This document shows, piece after piece, positions 9,508 through 19,138 of a stretch of DNA of 64,000 nt. The stretch's first letter is position 1. Each line of letters starts with the position of its first letter. The DNA lies in the NCBI GenBank assembly GCA_016432425.1, contig CP066688.1, positions 642,619-706,618 of the forward strand, given 5' to 3'. Position numbers and translations under genes: made by a program. Source of the DNA: Candidatus Daviesbacteria bacterium. Its GTDB lineage: Bacteria; Patescibacteriota; Microgenomatia; Daviesbacterales; UBA10151. The notes beneath the pieces are model-generated. The model saw only the letters and a list, made by a program, of their open reading frames with translations. It did no database searches and was not told the origin of the DNA.

Positions 9508-9955
9508 GCAGAGGATGAACGGCCTGCAACAGCAAAACTAATATCACCAAGGTGCTGACTTGAGTAACTATTCCCCAGGGAAGAACAGCTTTTCCCTGTA
9601 AATTATGTTGAATATTGTACATCCAGGAAAAAGGAGGGATCTTAAGATTAAATAGCCAATAAGGAGCTTCCATAATATCCCAGACTTCCGAGACAAACAC
9701 ACAAGCTAAGAAATATTTAAAATCCGTGTTAATTCCAAAAATAAAATAAGATAAAAATAAGCCTAAGCCTAGATCAAAAGCTGATTCCAAAAATAATTTA
9801 AGTTTGGATTTTTTTCTCCAACCCCAACCAAAATCCCAGTGGGGAATTAAATCTGCTAAAGGATGGCTGGCAAAAGATAGCGCTATTCCCAAGGGTTGGT
9901 TAGATACTCCGGAGGCAATTGCCCCTCCAATTAAAGCATGTGCTGTTGCAGTCAT
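9497..9955 (-). CDS. Membrane protein, probable metal-dependent hydrolase (YdjM-like)
   Basis: N-terminal H and SHPLADLIPH motif, several TMs. Confidence 0.65.
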   Translation of the reverse strand: MTATAHALIGGAIASGVSNQPLGIALSFASHPLADLIPHWDFGWGWRKKSKLKLFLESAFDLGLGLFLSYFIFGINTDFKYFLACVFVSEVWDIMEAPYWLFNLKIPPFSWMYNIQHNLQGKAVLPWGIVTQVSTLVILVLLLQAVHPLLNS

Positions 9956-10044
9956 AATTTTTTGGACTAAACATTATTATAGCTACCCTAAATCAAGATG
10001 GCAAATTTGAAAGAGTTTCGCAATTCTGGTAGGCTACTTAGAGT

Positions 10045-10977
10045 ATGTTACCGGTGCTTTTTTCTTTGGGCAATTTATCTATTTCCTCTTTTGGCCTCTT
10101 TTTATCATTAGGGTTTCTGTACGGGGTCTTTTTAACCTGGAGGTTGTCTCGGGCTTGGGATATTAATGAAGAAAAAGTACTTGATTTGGTCTTATTAGTT
10201 TTTTTTGGGGGAATTTTAGGAGCGAGACTTTTATTTATTCTGGAACATTTAGAGTTTTTTTTAACTGATTTAACTAAAGTAATACTACTGATCAAATACC
10301 CGGGGTTTTCTTTTTGGGGAGGAATATTGGGAGGTTGGTTGGCTCTGTCAATTTTTGCCCGCCGTTTTAGATTGGATTTTTGGGCAATAGCGGATGTATT
10401 GGTAGTGGGACTGCTGGGAGGTTTGATTTTGGGTCAAATAGGTTGTTTGTTGGGCGGTTGTAATGTCGGAGTTGAATCTGAGCTATTTTTGGCGGTGCCC
10501 CAAGTAGGGGTAGTGGGGAAAAGATTACCCATTCAAGCTATTGAAGCCTTGATTTTAATATTAGTACTGCGGGATATTTGGAAAAAAGCTATTCATTTCC
10601 ACCCCCCTGGAAAAATAGTTTCTACAGCCTTTATTTATCTGGGGGTAGTCAAGTTAATGGCTGGTTTTTTAAAGGAGACTCATACCATAGAATGGGTTCT
10701 GGCACTGGTTTTAATTTTGGCAGGAGCAGTAATCTCCTATAAAATAAGCAAAAGACGACTTAAGTCCGATTGGAGATTGATTAGAAAAACTACACCTGCG
10801 CTAATTATAAATTCTCAAACTAGAGCTTATCTACTATCCAAAGCTTTAGAATTTTGTTATAATCAACTTAGCTCTTTTTTTAAAAATCAAAGAATTGAAT
10901 GGAGTTGGAGGTTAAAAGATATTAATAAACTTTTAAGAAAAATTCATGTTAAACCTACCCCGAAAAACTTTAATTAG
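10045..10977 (+). CDS. lgt: Prolipoprotein diacylglyceryl transferase-like protein
   Basis: MLPVLF..ISSFG, GGILGARL, GFSFWGGILGG, IGCLLGGC. Confidence 0.85.
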   Translation: MLPVLFSLGNLSISSFGLFLSLGFLYGVFLTWRLSRAWDINEEKVLDLVLLVFFGGILGARLLFILEHLEFFLTDLTKVILLIKYPGFSFWGGILGGWLALSIFARRFRLDFWAIADVLVVGLLGGLILGQIGCLLGGCNVGVESELFLAVPQVGVVGKRLPIQAIEALILILVLRDIWKKAIHFHPPGKIVSTAFIYLGVVKLMAGFLKETHTIEWVLALVLILAGAVISYKISKRRLKSDWRLIRKTTPALIINSQTRAYLLSKALEFCYNQLSSFFKNQRIEWSWRLKDINKLLRKIHVKPTPKNFN

Positions 10978-11392
10978 GATTAAAAATCTACTGCAGCGTC
11001 AACAACGCGAAGTAGAGGAAAATATTGAAAAGGTGGAAAAAGATGATCCCACCAAAGATATCGCCTTGGCGGAAAGTAGCGAGCCGGGAACTGAATCCTG
11101 GATTGCTGAAGGGCATGCCAAGGCCATTGCTATAGCTAATGAACTAAAAAATGCAGCAGGAAATATTAAGTTAGCTTTAAGTAAAATTAGACAAGGTAAA
11201 TATGGTGTTTGTGAAAAGTGTGGTAAAAATATTGAACACCAACGCTTGTTAATAATTCCCACTACCCGTTACTGCATGGCTTGTTCCAAAATTAAGCATA
11301 AGCAGAGCTTGCCATCTGGTGATGGTAAGCAGAGCTTGCCATCTAACAATGGTAAACAGAACTCCTCTGCGAATAATCTGAATCACCGCTAG
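10946..11392 (+). CDS. DksA/TraR C4 zinc-finger protein
   Basis: Coiled coil, YGVCEKCG..I...RL...P...YCMAC. Confidence 0.9.
   Translation: MLNLPRKTLIRIKNLLQRQQREVEENIEKVEKDDPTKDIALAESSEPGTESWIAEGHAKAIAIANELKNAAGNIKLALSKIRQGKYGVCEKCGKNIEHQRLLIIPTTRYCMACSKIKHKQSLPSGDGKQSLPSNNGKQNSSANNLNHR
11298..11365 (+). repeat. 27-bp-period repeats of the taagcagagcttgcc family in the DksA-like 3' end
   Basis: taagcagagcttgcc-atctggtgat-ggtaagcagagcttgcc-atctaacaat-ggtaaacagaactcc. Confidence 0.85.
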
Positions 11393-12151
11393 ATGAGCCT
11401 CCCTGTAGTTTTTGAAGATGAGTTTTTACTGGTTGTTGATAAACCTCCCGGATTGGTGACTACTCCCGGCGAAACTGTCAAGAGCAAATCCTTAGCGCAG
11501 ATACTTCAGGCTGATTTTGGTATAGATTTAGAGCGGGGAGGATTAGTTCATCGCCTGGATAAAGATACTTCCGGCCTGATTTTAGTAGCCAAAAATGCTC
11601 AAATTTTGGCGAGCTTACAAAATCAGTTTAAAAGTAGACAAGTCAAAAAACAGTATTTAGCCCTAGTTCATGGCAGCTTGAATGAGACTAGGATAGTAGA
11701 AGGTAGTATTGCCCGCAATCCCGGAAATAGAGAAAAATTTACCGTTTTAGCGGAAGGTAAGGAGGCTAAAACTGAAGTAGAACCATTAAAACAATTGACA
11801 ATGGATAGTGAACAATTGACAGAGATTTTTTCTGATTTTAACAAAATTCAAATGCGCAAACTAAGTAATCTTCACTACAGTAAATTTACTTTGACCTCCT
11901 GCCGGCCCCTAACTGGACGGACCCATCAAATTAGGGTACATTTAAAATATATTGGTTTTCCAATCGTGGCAGACCAAAAATATGGAGGCCGCAAAATGAA
12001 CCGTTTGGATAATAGATGGTGTCCCCGGATGTTTTTGCATGCTCATAAGCTAGAGTTTACTCATCCGGTTAACAGGGAGTGGATCAAATTAGAAACTGAG
12101 TTGCCGAAAGACTTAAAAAAAGTGTTGAACTTATTAGAGCTTAAAGCTTAG
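11393..12151 (+). CDS. RluA/RluD-family pseudouridine synthase
   Basis: VDKPPGL, HRLDKDTSG, TGRTHQIRVHL, FLHA. Confidence 0.95.
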   Translation: MSLPVVFEDEFLLVVDKPPGLVTTPGETVKSKSLAQILQADFGIDLERGGLVHRLDKDTSGLILVAKNAQILASLQNQFKSRQVKKQYLALVHGSLNETRIVEGSIARNPGNREKFTVLAEGKEAKTEVEPLKQLTMDSEQLTEIFSDFNKIQMRKLSNLHYSKFTLTSCRPLTGRTHQIRVHLKYIGFPIVADQKYGGRKMNRLDNRWCPRMFLHAHKLEFTHPVNREWIKLETELPKDLKKVLNLLELKA

Positions 12152-12160
12152 TCCAAAACA

Positions 12161-13867
12161 ATGGAAAATATCTTTATACAACTGGCGATAATTCTGGGTT
12201 TATCTTCACTGCTGGGATATATCGTCAGACTGTTTGATTTGCCTTTAATTATTGCTTATCTTTTTGGGGGGCTCTTACTTTCCAGCATCTCCCTTTGGGA
12301 TATTAAAACTTTTCAAACCCTATCATTTTTGCCGGAAATTGGCATAGCTTTTGTGCTTTTTCTAGTGGGGATGGAGCTGGATTTAAGAGAAATTAAGCAG
12401 TTGGGGAGGCCCATCTTTATTGCCGGGATTCTGCAGGTAATTATTACCTCAATTGCTGGAGCAAGTTTAGCCAGATTTTTAGGACTAGGGGAATGGGATT
12501 CAATTTATTTGGGTTTAGGGCTATCTTTTTCTTCAACGATTGTGGTCGTTAAACTGTTATTAGAAAAAAAAGAGCTGTCTTCTCTATATGGCAAATTATC
12601 CGTGGGGATTTTATTGCTGGAAGATTTATTAGCGGTGTTAGTCTTGCTTTGGCTTTCCAGTGCCAGCTCTTTTTTAAATTTAGGTTTAACTAACAGCTTA
12701 CCTATAGTTGCTTATTTAGCCAAAACTGCTGTGTTGTTTTTGACAGCATTACTATTTAACCGTTACTTAATCCCCAAAATTTTTAAGGCAGTATCGCTTT
12801 CTTCTGAACTACTGTTTTTAACCGCTCTATCCTGGTGTTTTATCTATGTTTCCCTTTCTGTAGTGCTGGGTTTCTCCATTGTGGTGGGGGCCTTTTTAGC
12901 CGGTATTACTTTGGCCACCTCACCTTATCATTTTCAAATTCAAAGTAAAGTGAAACCCTTACGCGATTTCTTCCTCACCTTATTTTTTGTCTATCTGGGA
13001 ACACAGGTAGATTTTAATTACATGGCGTCTTCCGCCCACTTAATTTTATTTTTCACCCTCTATGCGGTGTTGCTTAAGCCCATTATATTTTTGTTAATTT
13101 TAGGGACTTTTGGATTTAGAAAGCATACCATGTTCCAGGTAGCGATAAATTTATCCCAAATTTCCGAGTTTTCCCTGATTATTATCTTGGTGGGATTGCA
13201 AGCTAATTTAGTCTCACCACAATCTTTAACCATTATTTCCGCGGCGGCAGTTTTGTCCATGATTATTTCTTCCCTAGAGATTGCGCATGCCAATATAATT
13301 TATAAATTGTTATCAGGAGTAATCACTTTTTTTGAAAGAAAAAATTTCCACTTTCCTCTGGAAGGGGAGCGAGATGGAGAAGTGAGCGACCATGTAGTGT
13401 TAATCGGGGGGCATCGTGTCGGTGGAGAAGTGGTTAAATTTTTACAAAAGGAAAAAATTGCCACGGTAGTGCTGGATTTTAATCCCCGCCAAGTAGAAGC
13501 TCTAAAAAAAGCTAAAGTCAGGGCAGTTTATGGGGACATGACTGATCCGGAAATGTTGGATAGTTTAAACTTACCCAGTGCCAAACTACTAATTTCTACT
13601 TCTCCCAGCGTGGATGATAACTTGTTTTTACTCTCGCAGCTTAAAGAACGCAAATTAGATTTACCGGTGATTATGAGAGCGGAGACAATTGTAGAGGCCG
13701 GACAGTTGTATAAAAAAGGAGCTGATCTGGTTATTTTGCCGGAGATTTTAGCCGGAGATTTTTTGGTGGAAAAATTAAGTACCCATTTTTATGATAAAGG
13801 TTTTTTTAAAGACCGCGCCAGAATTGAACTGGAAAAACTCTCGCACAGCTCTTTAAGCTTAGACTAA
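12161..13867 (+). CDS. CPA2 (KefC-like) cation/H+ antiporter with TrkA-N domain
   Basis: LFLVGMEL, FSSTIVVVKLL, LLLEDL, SQISEFS; C-terminal GGHRVG..YGD Rossmann fold. Confidence 0.92.
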   Translation: MENIFIQLAIILGLSSLLGYIVRLFDLPLIIAYLFGGLLLSSISLWDIKTFQTLSFLPEIGIAFVLFLVGMELDLREIKQLGRPIFIAGILQVIITSIAGASLARFLGLGEWDSIYLGLGLSFSSTIVVVKLLLEKKELSSLYGKLSVGILLLEDLLAVLVLLWLSSASSFLNLGLTNSLPIVAYLAKTAVLFLTALLFNRYLIPKIFKAVSLSSELLFLTALSWCFIYVSLSVVLGFSIVVGAFLAGITLATSPYHFQIQSKVKPLRDFFLTLFFVYLGTQVDFNYMASSAHLILFFTLYAVLLKPIIFLLILGTFGFRKHTMFQVAINLSQISEFSLIIILVGLQANLVSPQSLTIISAAAVLSMIISSLEIAHANIIYKLLSGVITFFERKNFHFPLEGERDGEVSDHVVLIGGHRVGGEVVKFLQKEKIATVVLDFNPRQVEALKKAKVRAVYGDMTDPEMLDSLNLPSAKLLISTSPSVDDNLFLLSQLKERKLDLPVIMRAETIVEAGQLYKKGADLVILPEILAGDFLVEKLSTHFYDKGFFKDRARIELEKLSHSSLSLD

Positions 13868-13907
13868 CTTTTGCTTCAAATACTTTAAGTTTGTTAAACT
13901 TCTGAAG

Positions 13908-15146
13908 ATGCATTTTAAGATTTTACATCAATCAGGAAAAGCCAGAGTAGGGAAGTTAACCACTTCTCATGGGGTAGTGGAAACTCCCAATTTTTTACCG
14001 GTAGCAACTTTAGCAGCAATTAAGGGAGTTTCCCCGGTCGACTTAGAGAGCCTTGGAGCTCAAGTTTTAATGACTAATACTTACCATCTAAGTTTGCAAC
14101 CGGGAGAAAAAACTATCCAAAAATTGGGCGGATTACATAAATTTATGGGTTGGAGTAGACCTTTAATGACTGACTCAGGGGGTTTCCAGGTTTTTTCTTT
14201 GGGGGTAGGGTTAGAGAGTGGGGAGGGAAAAGTGTTAAAGGAAGTAGAGAATGAGGACTTTGGTAAAAGAGGTAGCGTGAGACTTGCTAAAGTAACAGAA
14301 GATGGTGTAACTTTTCAATCCCATATTGATGGCTCCAAACATTTTTTGGGCCCGGAAGAATCTATTAAAATTCAACATCAGCTGGGCGCGGATCTAATGG
14401 TGGCATTTGATGATCATGAGTCTGCTACGATGAGCTATGATCAGATACAAAAATCTTTGGAACTGACAGAAATTTGGGGACTGATAAGCTTAAAAGAGTA
14501 TCGCAAAAGAATAGGTGTCAAGCTATCCCACCCTCCAGGTGGAAACGTAGCTACACCTGGACTTTATGGGGTGGTTCATGGTGGGTTGCATAAAGATTTA
14601 AGGATAAGATCGGCAAAGTTTACTGATAAAAATTTTGAAGCTATTGCCATTGGCGGAATTTATGGTACACGATCACAGCTTTATAAAATTGTGGAATGGG
14701 TAACTGGTGCTGTTTCGGATGAAAAGGTCAGACACTTGCTGGGTATAGGTGAAATTGTCGATTTATTTAATGCCATAGAACGGGGTGTAGATCTGTTTGA
14801 TTGCATCTCACCTACGAGACGGGCCCGTAATGGTTCCCTTTATGTTTCACCTGAGGCTCAAGTATATTCAACTAGAGCTCAATATAGAGAGCGCAATTTT
14901 ACTGTTAATATTAAAGCACGTAGGTTCGCTGATGACAAGCAGCCACTTGATCCCAGTTGCAAATGTTCTACTTGTGAAAATTTTTCCCGGGCTTATTTGA
15001 ATCATTTATATAGAAGCGGAGAAATTCTTTATCATCAGTTAGCCACTGTTCACAACCTGGCTTTTATTATTAATTTGATGAGAGAGATTAGATTTGCCAT
15101 TAAAGCCAATAATTTAGGAAAACTTAAAAAAAGATGGTTAGGCTAA
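13908..15146 (+). CDS. tgt: tRNA-guanine transglycosylase
   Basis: NTYHL, TDSGGFQVFSL, HLLGIG, DLFDC, CKCSTC..H zinc site. Confidence 0.96.
   Translation: MHFKILHQSGKARVGKLTTSHGVVETPNFLPVATLAAIKGVSPVDLESLGAQVLMTNTYHLSLQPGEKTIQKLGGLHKFMGWSRPLMTDSGGFQVFSLGVGLESGEGKVLKEVENEDFGKRGSVRLAKVTEDGVTFQSHIDGSKHFLGPEESIKIQHQLGADLMVAFDDHESATMSYDQIQKSLELTEIWGLISLKEYRKRIGVKLSHPPGGNVATPGLYGVVHGGLHKDLRIRSAKFTDKNFEAIAIGGIYGTRSQLYKIVEWVTGAVSDEKVRHLLGIGEIVDLFNAIERGVDLFDCISPTRRARNGSLYVSPEAQVYSTRAQYRERNFTVNIKARRFADDKQPLDPSCKCSTCENFSRAYLNHLYRSGEILYHQLATVHNLAFIINLMREIRFAIKANNLGKLKKRWLG
14512..14560. repeat. Copy of the RAYT-flanking element in frame within tgt
   Basis: taggtgtcaagctatcccaccctccaggtg vs reverse complement of the left RAYT flank taggtgtcaagctgggacaccccccaggtg. 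Confidence 0.85.
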
Positions 15147-15183
15147 AAGGCGAAGGTTGTATATTCTACGCAACCTTCGCCTT
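15147..15183. terminator. 13-bp perfect stem between convergent genes (bidirectional terminator or REP)
   Basis: aaggcgaaggttg ... caaccttcgcctt. Confidence 0.7.
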
Positions 15184-15192
15184 AAAATATTT

Positions 15193-15456
15193 TTATGCAG
15201 GTGTTTCTGCAGGTGCTGCAGGGGGACAGTTGCATTCTCCCTCCGGCATGGTACAGGTTGCACAATTGCCGTCTGCTACATCTCCACTACATTTGACACA
15301 TTTAACAACTTTTGGCTCTTCTGTCTTGGCGCTGTCTTCCAAAGGAGCAGCGAAAGGAGTGGAAATTCCGGCTGGAGCGGTTGAGGCATTAGTTTCATCC
15401 ACTGGAGTAGAATTGACAGGGTCATTACCCTGGTTATTGTTATTAGGATCATCCAT
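15193..15456 (-). CDS. Small acidic, low-complexity Cys-rich protein
   Basis: CVKC..CATC..CNC; perfect SD AGGAGGTG and TTGACT/TAAACT promoter upstream. Confidence 0.8.
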   Translation of the reverse strand: MDDPNNNNQGNDPVNSTPVDETNASTAPAGISTPFAAPLEDSAKTEEPKVVKCVKCSGDVADGNCATCTMPEGECNCPPAAPAETPA

Positions 15457-15550
15457 TTTTTATCACCTCCTTATACTTTAAGTTTAAAGATTACTTGATA
15501 ATATAGTCAAGTTGTTGCTTTTGCCAGGAAGTTGTCAGTACAATGGAATT

Positions 15551-15700
15551 ATGCGCAAAGTTTTTGCAGCCGCTTTTTTTATCATCGGCCTAATTTTAAG
15601 TTTGGCTGGGTTGGGACTAATTACCGTTTCTTCCCAACTATTACTCTATCTGGGGCTGGTTTTGGTAATTTTATCGGCTGTATTTTTCATTAGAAGCTAG
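15551..15700 (+). CDS. Small two-TM membrane protein
   Basis: Hydrophobic ORF from ATG 15551 downstream of TTGCCA/TACAAT. Confidence 0.6.
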   Translation: MRKVFAAAFFIIGLILSLAGLGLITVSSQLLLYLGLVLVILSAVFFIRS

Positions 15701-15709
15701 GCAAAATTT

Positions 15710-16735
15710 ATGACGCGATCTGCCCATCGCCGCAGCTGGAAAGCTACGGAACAAAACCGTAAACTACATCAAAAAACAAAGCTGGCAATAGCAATTTTAA
15801 TTATTTTAATTTTAAGTTTGCTATTTGGCAAAATAGCCATTTTTCTTAAAAGTTTTCAGCAACCTTTTTCCCAAGAAGAAAGCACTAAAAACTATACTTG
15901 GAATGGTAAGTCTAATATTAATTTAATCATTACTGGCAAAACTTTAGCTGTGCTCACTTATAAAAAAGTGGAGCAGGAGATTTTTTTAATCAAAATTCCC
16001 CCCCACAGTTATCTTAATCTGCCGCAAAATTTAGGATCCTGGCCACTATCTTCTGTTTATGATTTAGGTCAAAGTTTAAAGCCTCCTCAGGGTTCCTATT
16101 TACTTAAAACCTCTGTCAGTAATTTAATGGGTATCCCGATTGATGGTTTTGTCGGTAAGGAGAACCAAACCCCGGTAGAGCTTTTGGAAAGTTTACGCCA
16201 AAATCCTTTAAAAACACTAACTTTAGTACCGACTCTCAAGACTGATTTAAGCTTACCGGAACTAATCTCCCTAAGTACTAGTTTGCCTCAAGTAAGATTT
16301 GATAAAGTACAAACCTTAGATTTGGAAGATTTAATGATTCCGGCGGAGTTGCCAGACGGGACTTTAAGCTTAACCGGTGATTCAATAAAAATAGATTCTT
16401 TAACTAATAAATTGGCAGAAGCCAGCTTCCGCAAAGAGGGTTTGACTATTGCTATTTATAATGGCACTTCTACTGTGGGTCTGGCTGGAAAAGCTGCCAG
16501 GATGGTAACTAATCTGGGGGGAAATGTGATTATTTTGAGCAGTTTAGAGGAAAATCAGGCCAAAAGCGGAGTGTATTTATCTACTGCCGACGAGAAAAAA
16601 CTCAAACTGACTGAGACTTTTAAGAGGCTAGTTCAAATTTTTGGGCTACGTGCTACAATACTACCGGAGGAACTACGGTCTTCCCGGGCCCAAATTAATG
16701 TGGTACTGGGGGAAGATTTTGCCCAAAGATTTTAA
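15710..16735 (+). CDS. LytR/CpsA/Psr-like protein with LytR_C domain
   Basis: TM anchor, GIPIDG, C-terminal IYNGTSTVGLAG..INVVLGED. Confidence 0.8.
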   Translation: MTRSAHRRSWKATEQNRKLHQKTKLAIAILIILILSLLFGKIAIFLKSFQQPFSQEESTKNYTWNGKSNINLIITGKTLAVLTYKKVEQEIFLIKIPPHSYLNLPQNLGSWPLSSVYDLGQSLKPPQGSYLLKTSVSNLMGIPIDGFVGKENQTPVELLESLRQNPLKTLTLVPTLKTDLSLPELISLSTSLPQVRFDKVQTLDLEDLMIPAELPDGTLSLTGDSIKIDSLTNKLAEASFRKEGLTIAIYNGTSTVGLAGKAARMVTNLGGNVIILSSLEENQAKSGVYLSTADEKKLKLTETFKRLVQIFGLRATILPEELRSSRAQINVVLGEDFAQRF

Positions 16736-16741
16736 ACCTTG

Positions 16742-17455
16742 ATGGTTATTTTTTGGCTGCTACTTTTTATAATAATTGTGATTGTTTCCTTTCTGTTATC
16801 TTATCAGTCAATGCGGAATTTCCAGGAAGCGCCTCGTCAAACCGGTAAAGATTATAGTTTATTTCTAATCCGCAATTTATCTGCTTTAAATACTAAACTG
16901 CTGGAGGAGTTACACTCTGAATTTCTAAAAAAGGCAGCTTTTATCAGCTTAGAGAGGCTCACCAAGGGTAATAAAGTGGCCTTAGTCATCTATGGACCTA
17001 AGAAAATTTTACAGCAATTCCAAAGTGAACTTAATTTATTGGAACTGGAGGATTATACCAGGAAATACTTGCAAGAAAATTTATTTCCCAAGGAAAGAAG
17101 GTCCCCTTCATTAGTTTTTGAAATGGCCAAGAAAAAACAATTGATTGGGGGTGAGGTTTTCACTGGTTTGCCAAACTTAAAAGAAACGGAACAATTTTGG
17201 TGGCAGCTAATTTTCCAGCCTAAAAATGTGCAGAAAAAAAAGATCTTTGTAGGGCAGATAAGAGTGGGGCTAATTTTAAACCAAGATCAGACAGAACTAA
17301 TTGACCAGTTTGAATCCCTGGCTGGAGGGAAGCTGCTTAAAGCTCCTCGCCCCTACAGCAGGGAGCAAATGCGGCTAATGCTACTCAACAGAACTTTGAA
17401 TTTTGCCCATGCCCAAAAGTTCGAGATTCCAGAAGTGCTATCTTTGCTGGGATAA
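16742..17455 (+). CDS. Membrane-anchored hypothetical protein
   Basis: N-terminal TM; co-oriented with the LCP gene. Confidence 0.7.
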   Translation: MVIFWLLLFIIIVIVSFLLSYQSMRNFQEAPRQTGKDYSLFLIRNLSALNTKLLEELHSEFLKKAAFISLERLTKGNKVALVIYGPKKILQQFQSELNLLELEDYTRKYLQENLFPKERRSPSLVFEMAKKKQLIGGEVFTGLPNLKETEQFWWQLIFQPKNVQKKKIFVGQIRVGLILNQDQTELIDQFESLAGGKLLKAPRPYSREQMRLMLLNRTLNFAHAQKFEIPEVLSLLG

Positions 17456-17460
17456 TTAAA

Positions 17461-18195
17461 TTAAATTTCTGCTTCTTCTAGCTCTTCGGAGTCGTCACTA
17501 TCTTCATCAGCCAGATCATCAATTTTGGTAGCGGAGAGCATATCAATATTGGAGCCGCGCTGGCTGGAATCTAAGAATGAGGGTTGGTTGTGAAATCTTT
17601 TACTGCGAAAAACCTCTTTAATCAAAACAATCAAGCCGTTAACCTTGACAGCTTTAATAAAAATTTCATATTTATTACCTCCTTTAGTTAATCTTAAAAT
17701 ATGATGGGAGACATCATCAGGCAAAACTCCTAGATACCCTCCGGAGAGAGTAGCCACAGTCACTCCTCGATTTTTAACCACCATATTAACTTGCATCCCG
17801 GGATAAACTTGAGATAATTTTTGTGGCTCTGCTACTTTTAATAGATTAACCACTTTAGTTTTTCCTGGTTCTTGTAAAAATAAAGAGGAAGAAATTTTGC
17901 CGGAGGTAGTAGGTAATAACTGTTTTCCGTCAGCTTTGGTAGCTTTTAAAATCTTTAAGTTTTTAGCGGCAATCGGGTTATAAGGATCATATTTTAAAGT
18001 AGCGCTATAATATTTTTTTGCTAAAGTATAATTACCGGTTTCAAAATAAGCCTTGGCCAACCTGTTAAGAGCATCAATAGATTGGGGATCAACTTTTAAG
18101 ATTTCTTTATTAATTTTGATGGCGGTTTCCCAGTGAGAATTTAGGGCAGCTTGAATGGCTGCTTGGTGCAGATTAGACGGGAGAGGATCGCTCAT
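17461..18195 (-). CDS. TPR-repeat protein with acidic tail
   Basis: ALNRLAKAYFETG..Y..TLKYDPYNPIA; start MSDPLP at 18195 (the longer ORF start lies in repeats). Confidence 0.8.
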   Translation of the reverse strand: MSDPLPSNLHQAAIQAALNSHWETAIKINKEILKVDPQSIDALNRLAKAYFETGNYTLAKKYYSATLKYDPYNPIAAKNLKILKATKADGKQLLPTTSGKISSSLFLQEPGKTKVVNLLKVAEPQKLSQVYPGMQVNMVVKNRGVTVATLSGGYLGVLPDDVSHHILRLTKGGNKYEIFIKAVKVNGLIVLIKEVFRSKRFHNQPSFLDSSQRGSNIDMLSATKIDDLADEDSDDSEELEEAEI

Positions 18196-18250
18196 TGGCC
18201 AAAAGTATAGAAGTAAGGTAGTTGACTTGTCAATATTTTGGCCATTATTT

Positions 18251-18344
18251 GGGTAAGCAAAGCTTGCCCATTCACCATGTTCAGGGTAAGCAGAGCTTGC
18301 CATCTGGTGATGGTAAGCAGAGCTTGCCTCCGCCAGCTGGCGGA
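18251..18344. repeat. Composite repeat cluster: reverse copy of the 33-bp unit, two taagcagagcttgcc units and a tccgccagctggcgga palindrome
   Basis: Direct sequence identity with 6246-6349 and 11298-11345. Confidence 0.92.
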
Positions 18345-18363
18345 TGTTAAACTTATCGTTGTC

Positions 18364-19125
18364 ATGAGCGGACATTCTAAGTGGTCAACTATCAAGCGGG
18401 CTAAAGGGGCGGCTGATGTTAAACGCGGTTTAACATTTACCAAGATGGCTAATGCTATTACTATTGCTGCCAAATTAGGGGGTAGCGGTGATCCGGCAGC
18501 TAACCCCAGATTGCGGACAGCTTTGGATGAAGCGAGGGCGGTTAATATGCCCAAAGATAATATTGCTCGGGCTATTGATCGGGGTCTGGGTAAGGGTGGT
18601 AGCGGCACGCTGGAAGAGGTGGTTTATGAAGGATTTGGTCCGGGCAGAGTGGCTTTTATAGTAGAAGGAGTAACTGATAACAGATTGCGGACTAATCAGG
18701 AAATTAAAAGTTTTTTTGAGCGCAATGGCGGTACCCTGGGAAATCCGGGAACAGTGGGGTATATGTTTGATAAATTAGGAGAGATTAAAGTTACGGGAAA
18801 AGGTGGAGCTAGAGACAATGAAATTTTAAAACTAATTGATTTGGGAGCAGAAGATGTAGAAGATTATGAAGAAGAAAATATACAAAGGTATTTAGTATAT
18901 GTACAAAGCCCAGAATTAAATACTATGGGTATAAAAATTACTCAAGCTGGATTTACAATTGAAAGCCAAAATTTAATGATGAAACCCAAGGTTTTGCAGG
19001 AAGTAACAGAGCCGGAAATAGCCAAAAGGGTACTGGAGTTTGCAGAGAAGCTGGAAGGTCATGATGATATCCAAAAAGTCTATGCCAATTTTGATATTCC
19101 CGACAATCTTTTGGAGGGAAGTTAG
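18364..19125 (+). CDS. yebC: YebC/PmpR family protein
   Basis: MSGHSKWSTIKRAKG, YEGFGPG, TDNRLRT. Confidence 0.96.
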   Translation: MSGHSKWSTIKRAKGAADVKRGLTFTKMANAITIAAKLGGSGDPAANPRLRTALDEARAVNMPKDNIARAIDRGLGKGGSGTLEEVVYEGFGPGRVAFIVEGVTDNRLRTNQEIKSFFERNGGTLGNPGTVGYMFDKLGEIKVTGKGGARDNEILKLIDLGAEDVEDYEEENIQRYLVYVQSPELNTMGIKITQAGFTIESQNLMMKPKVLQEVTEPEIAKRVLEFAEKLEGHDDIQKVYANFDIPDNLLEGS

Positions 19126-19138
19126 AGGGGAATTTACA

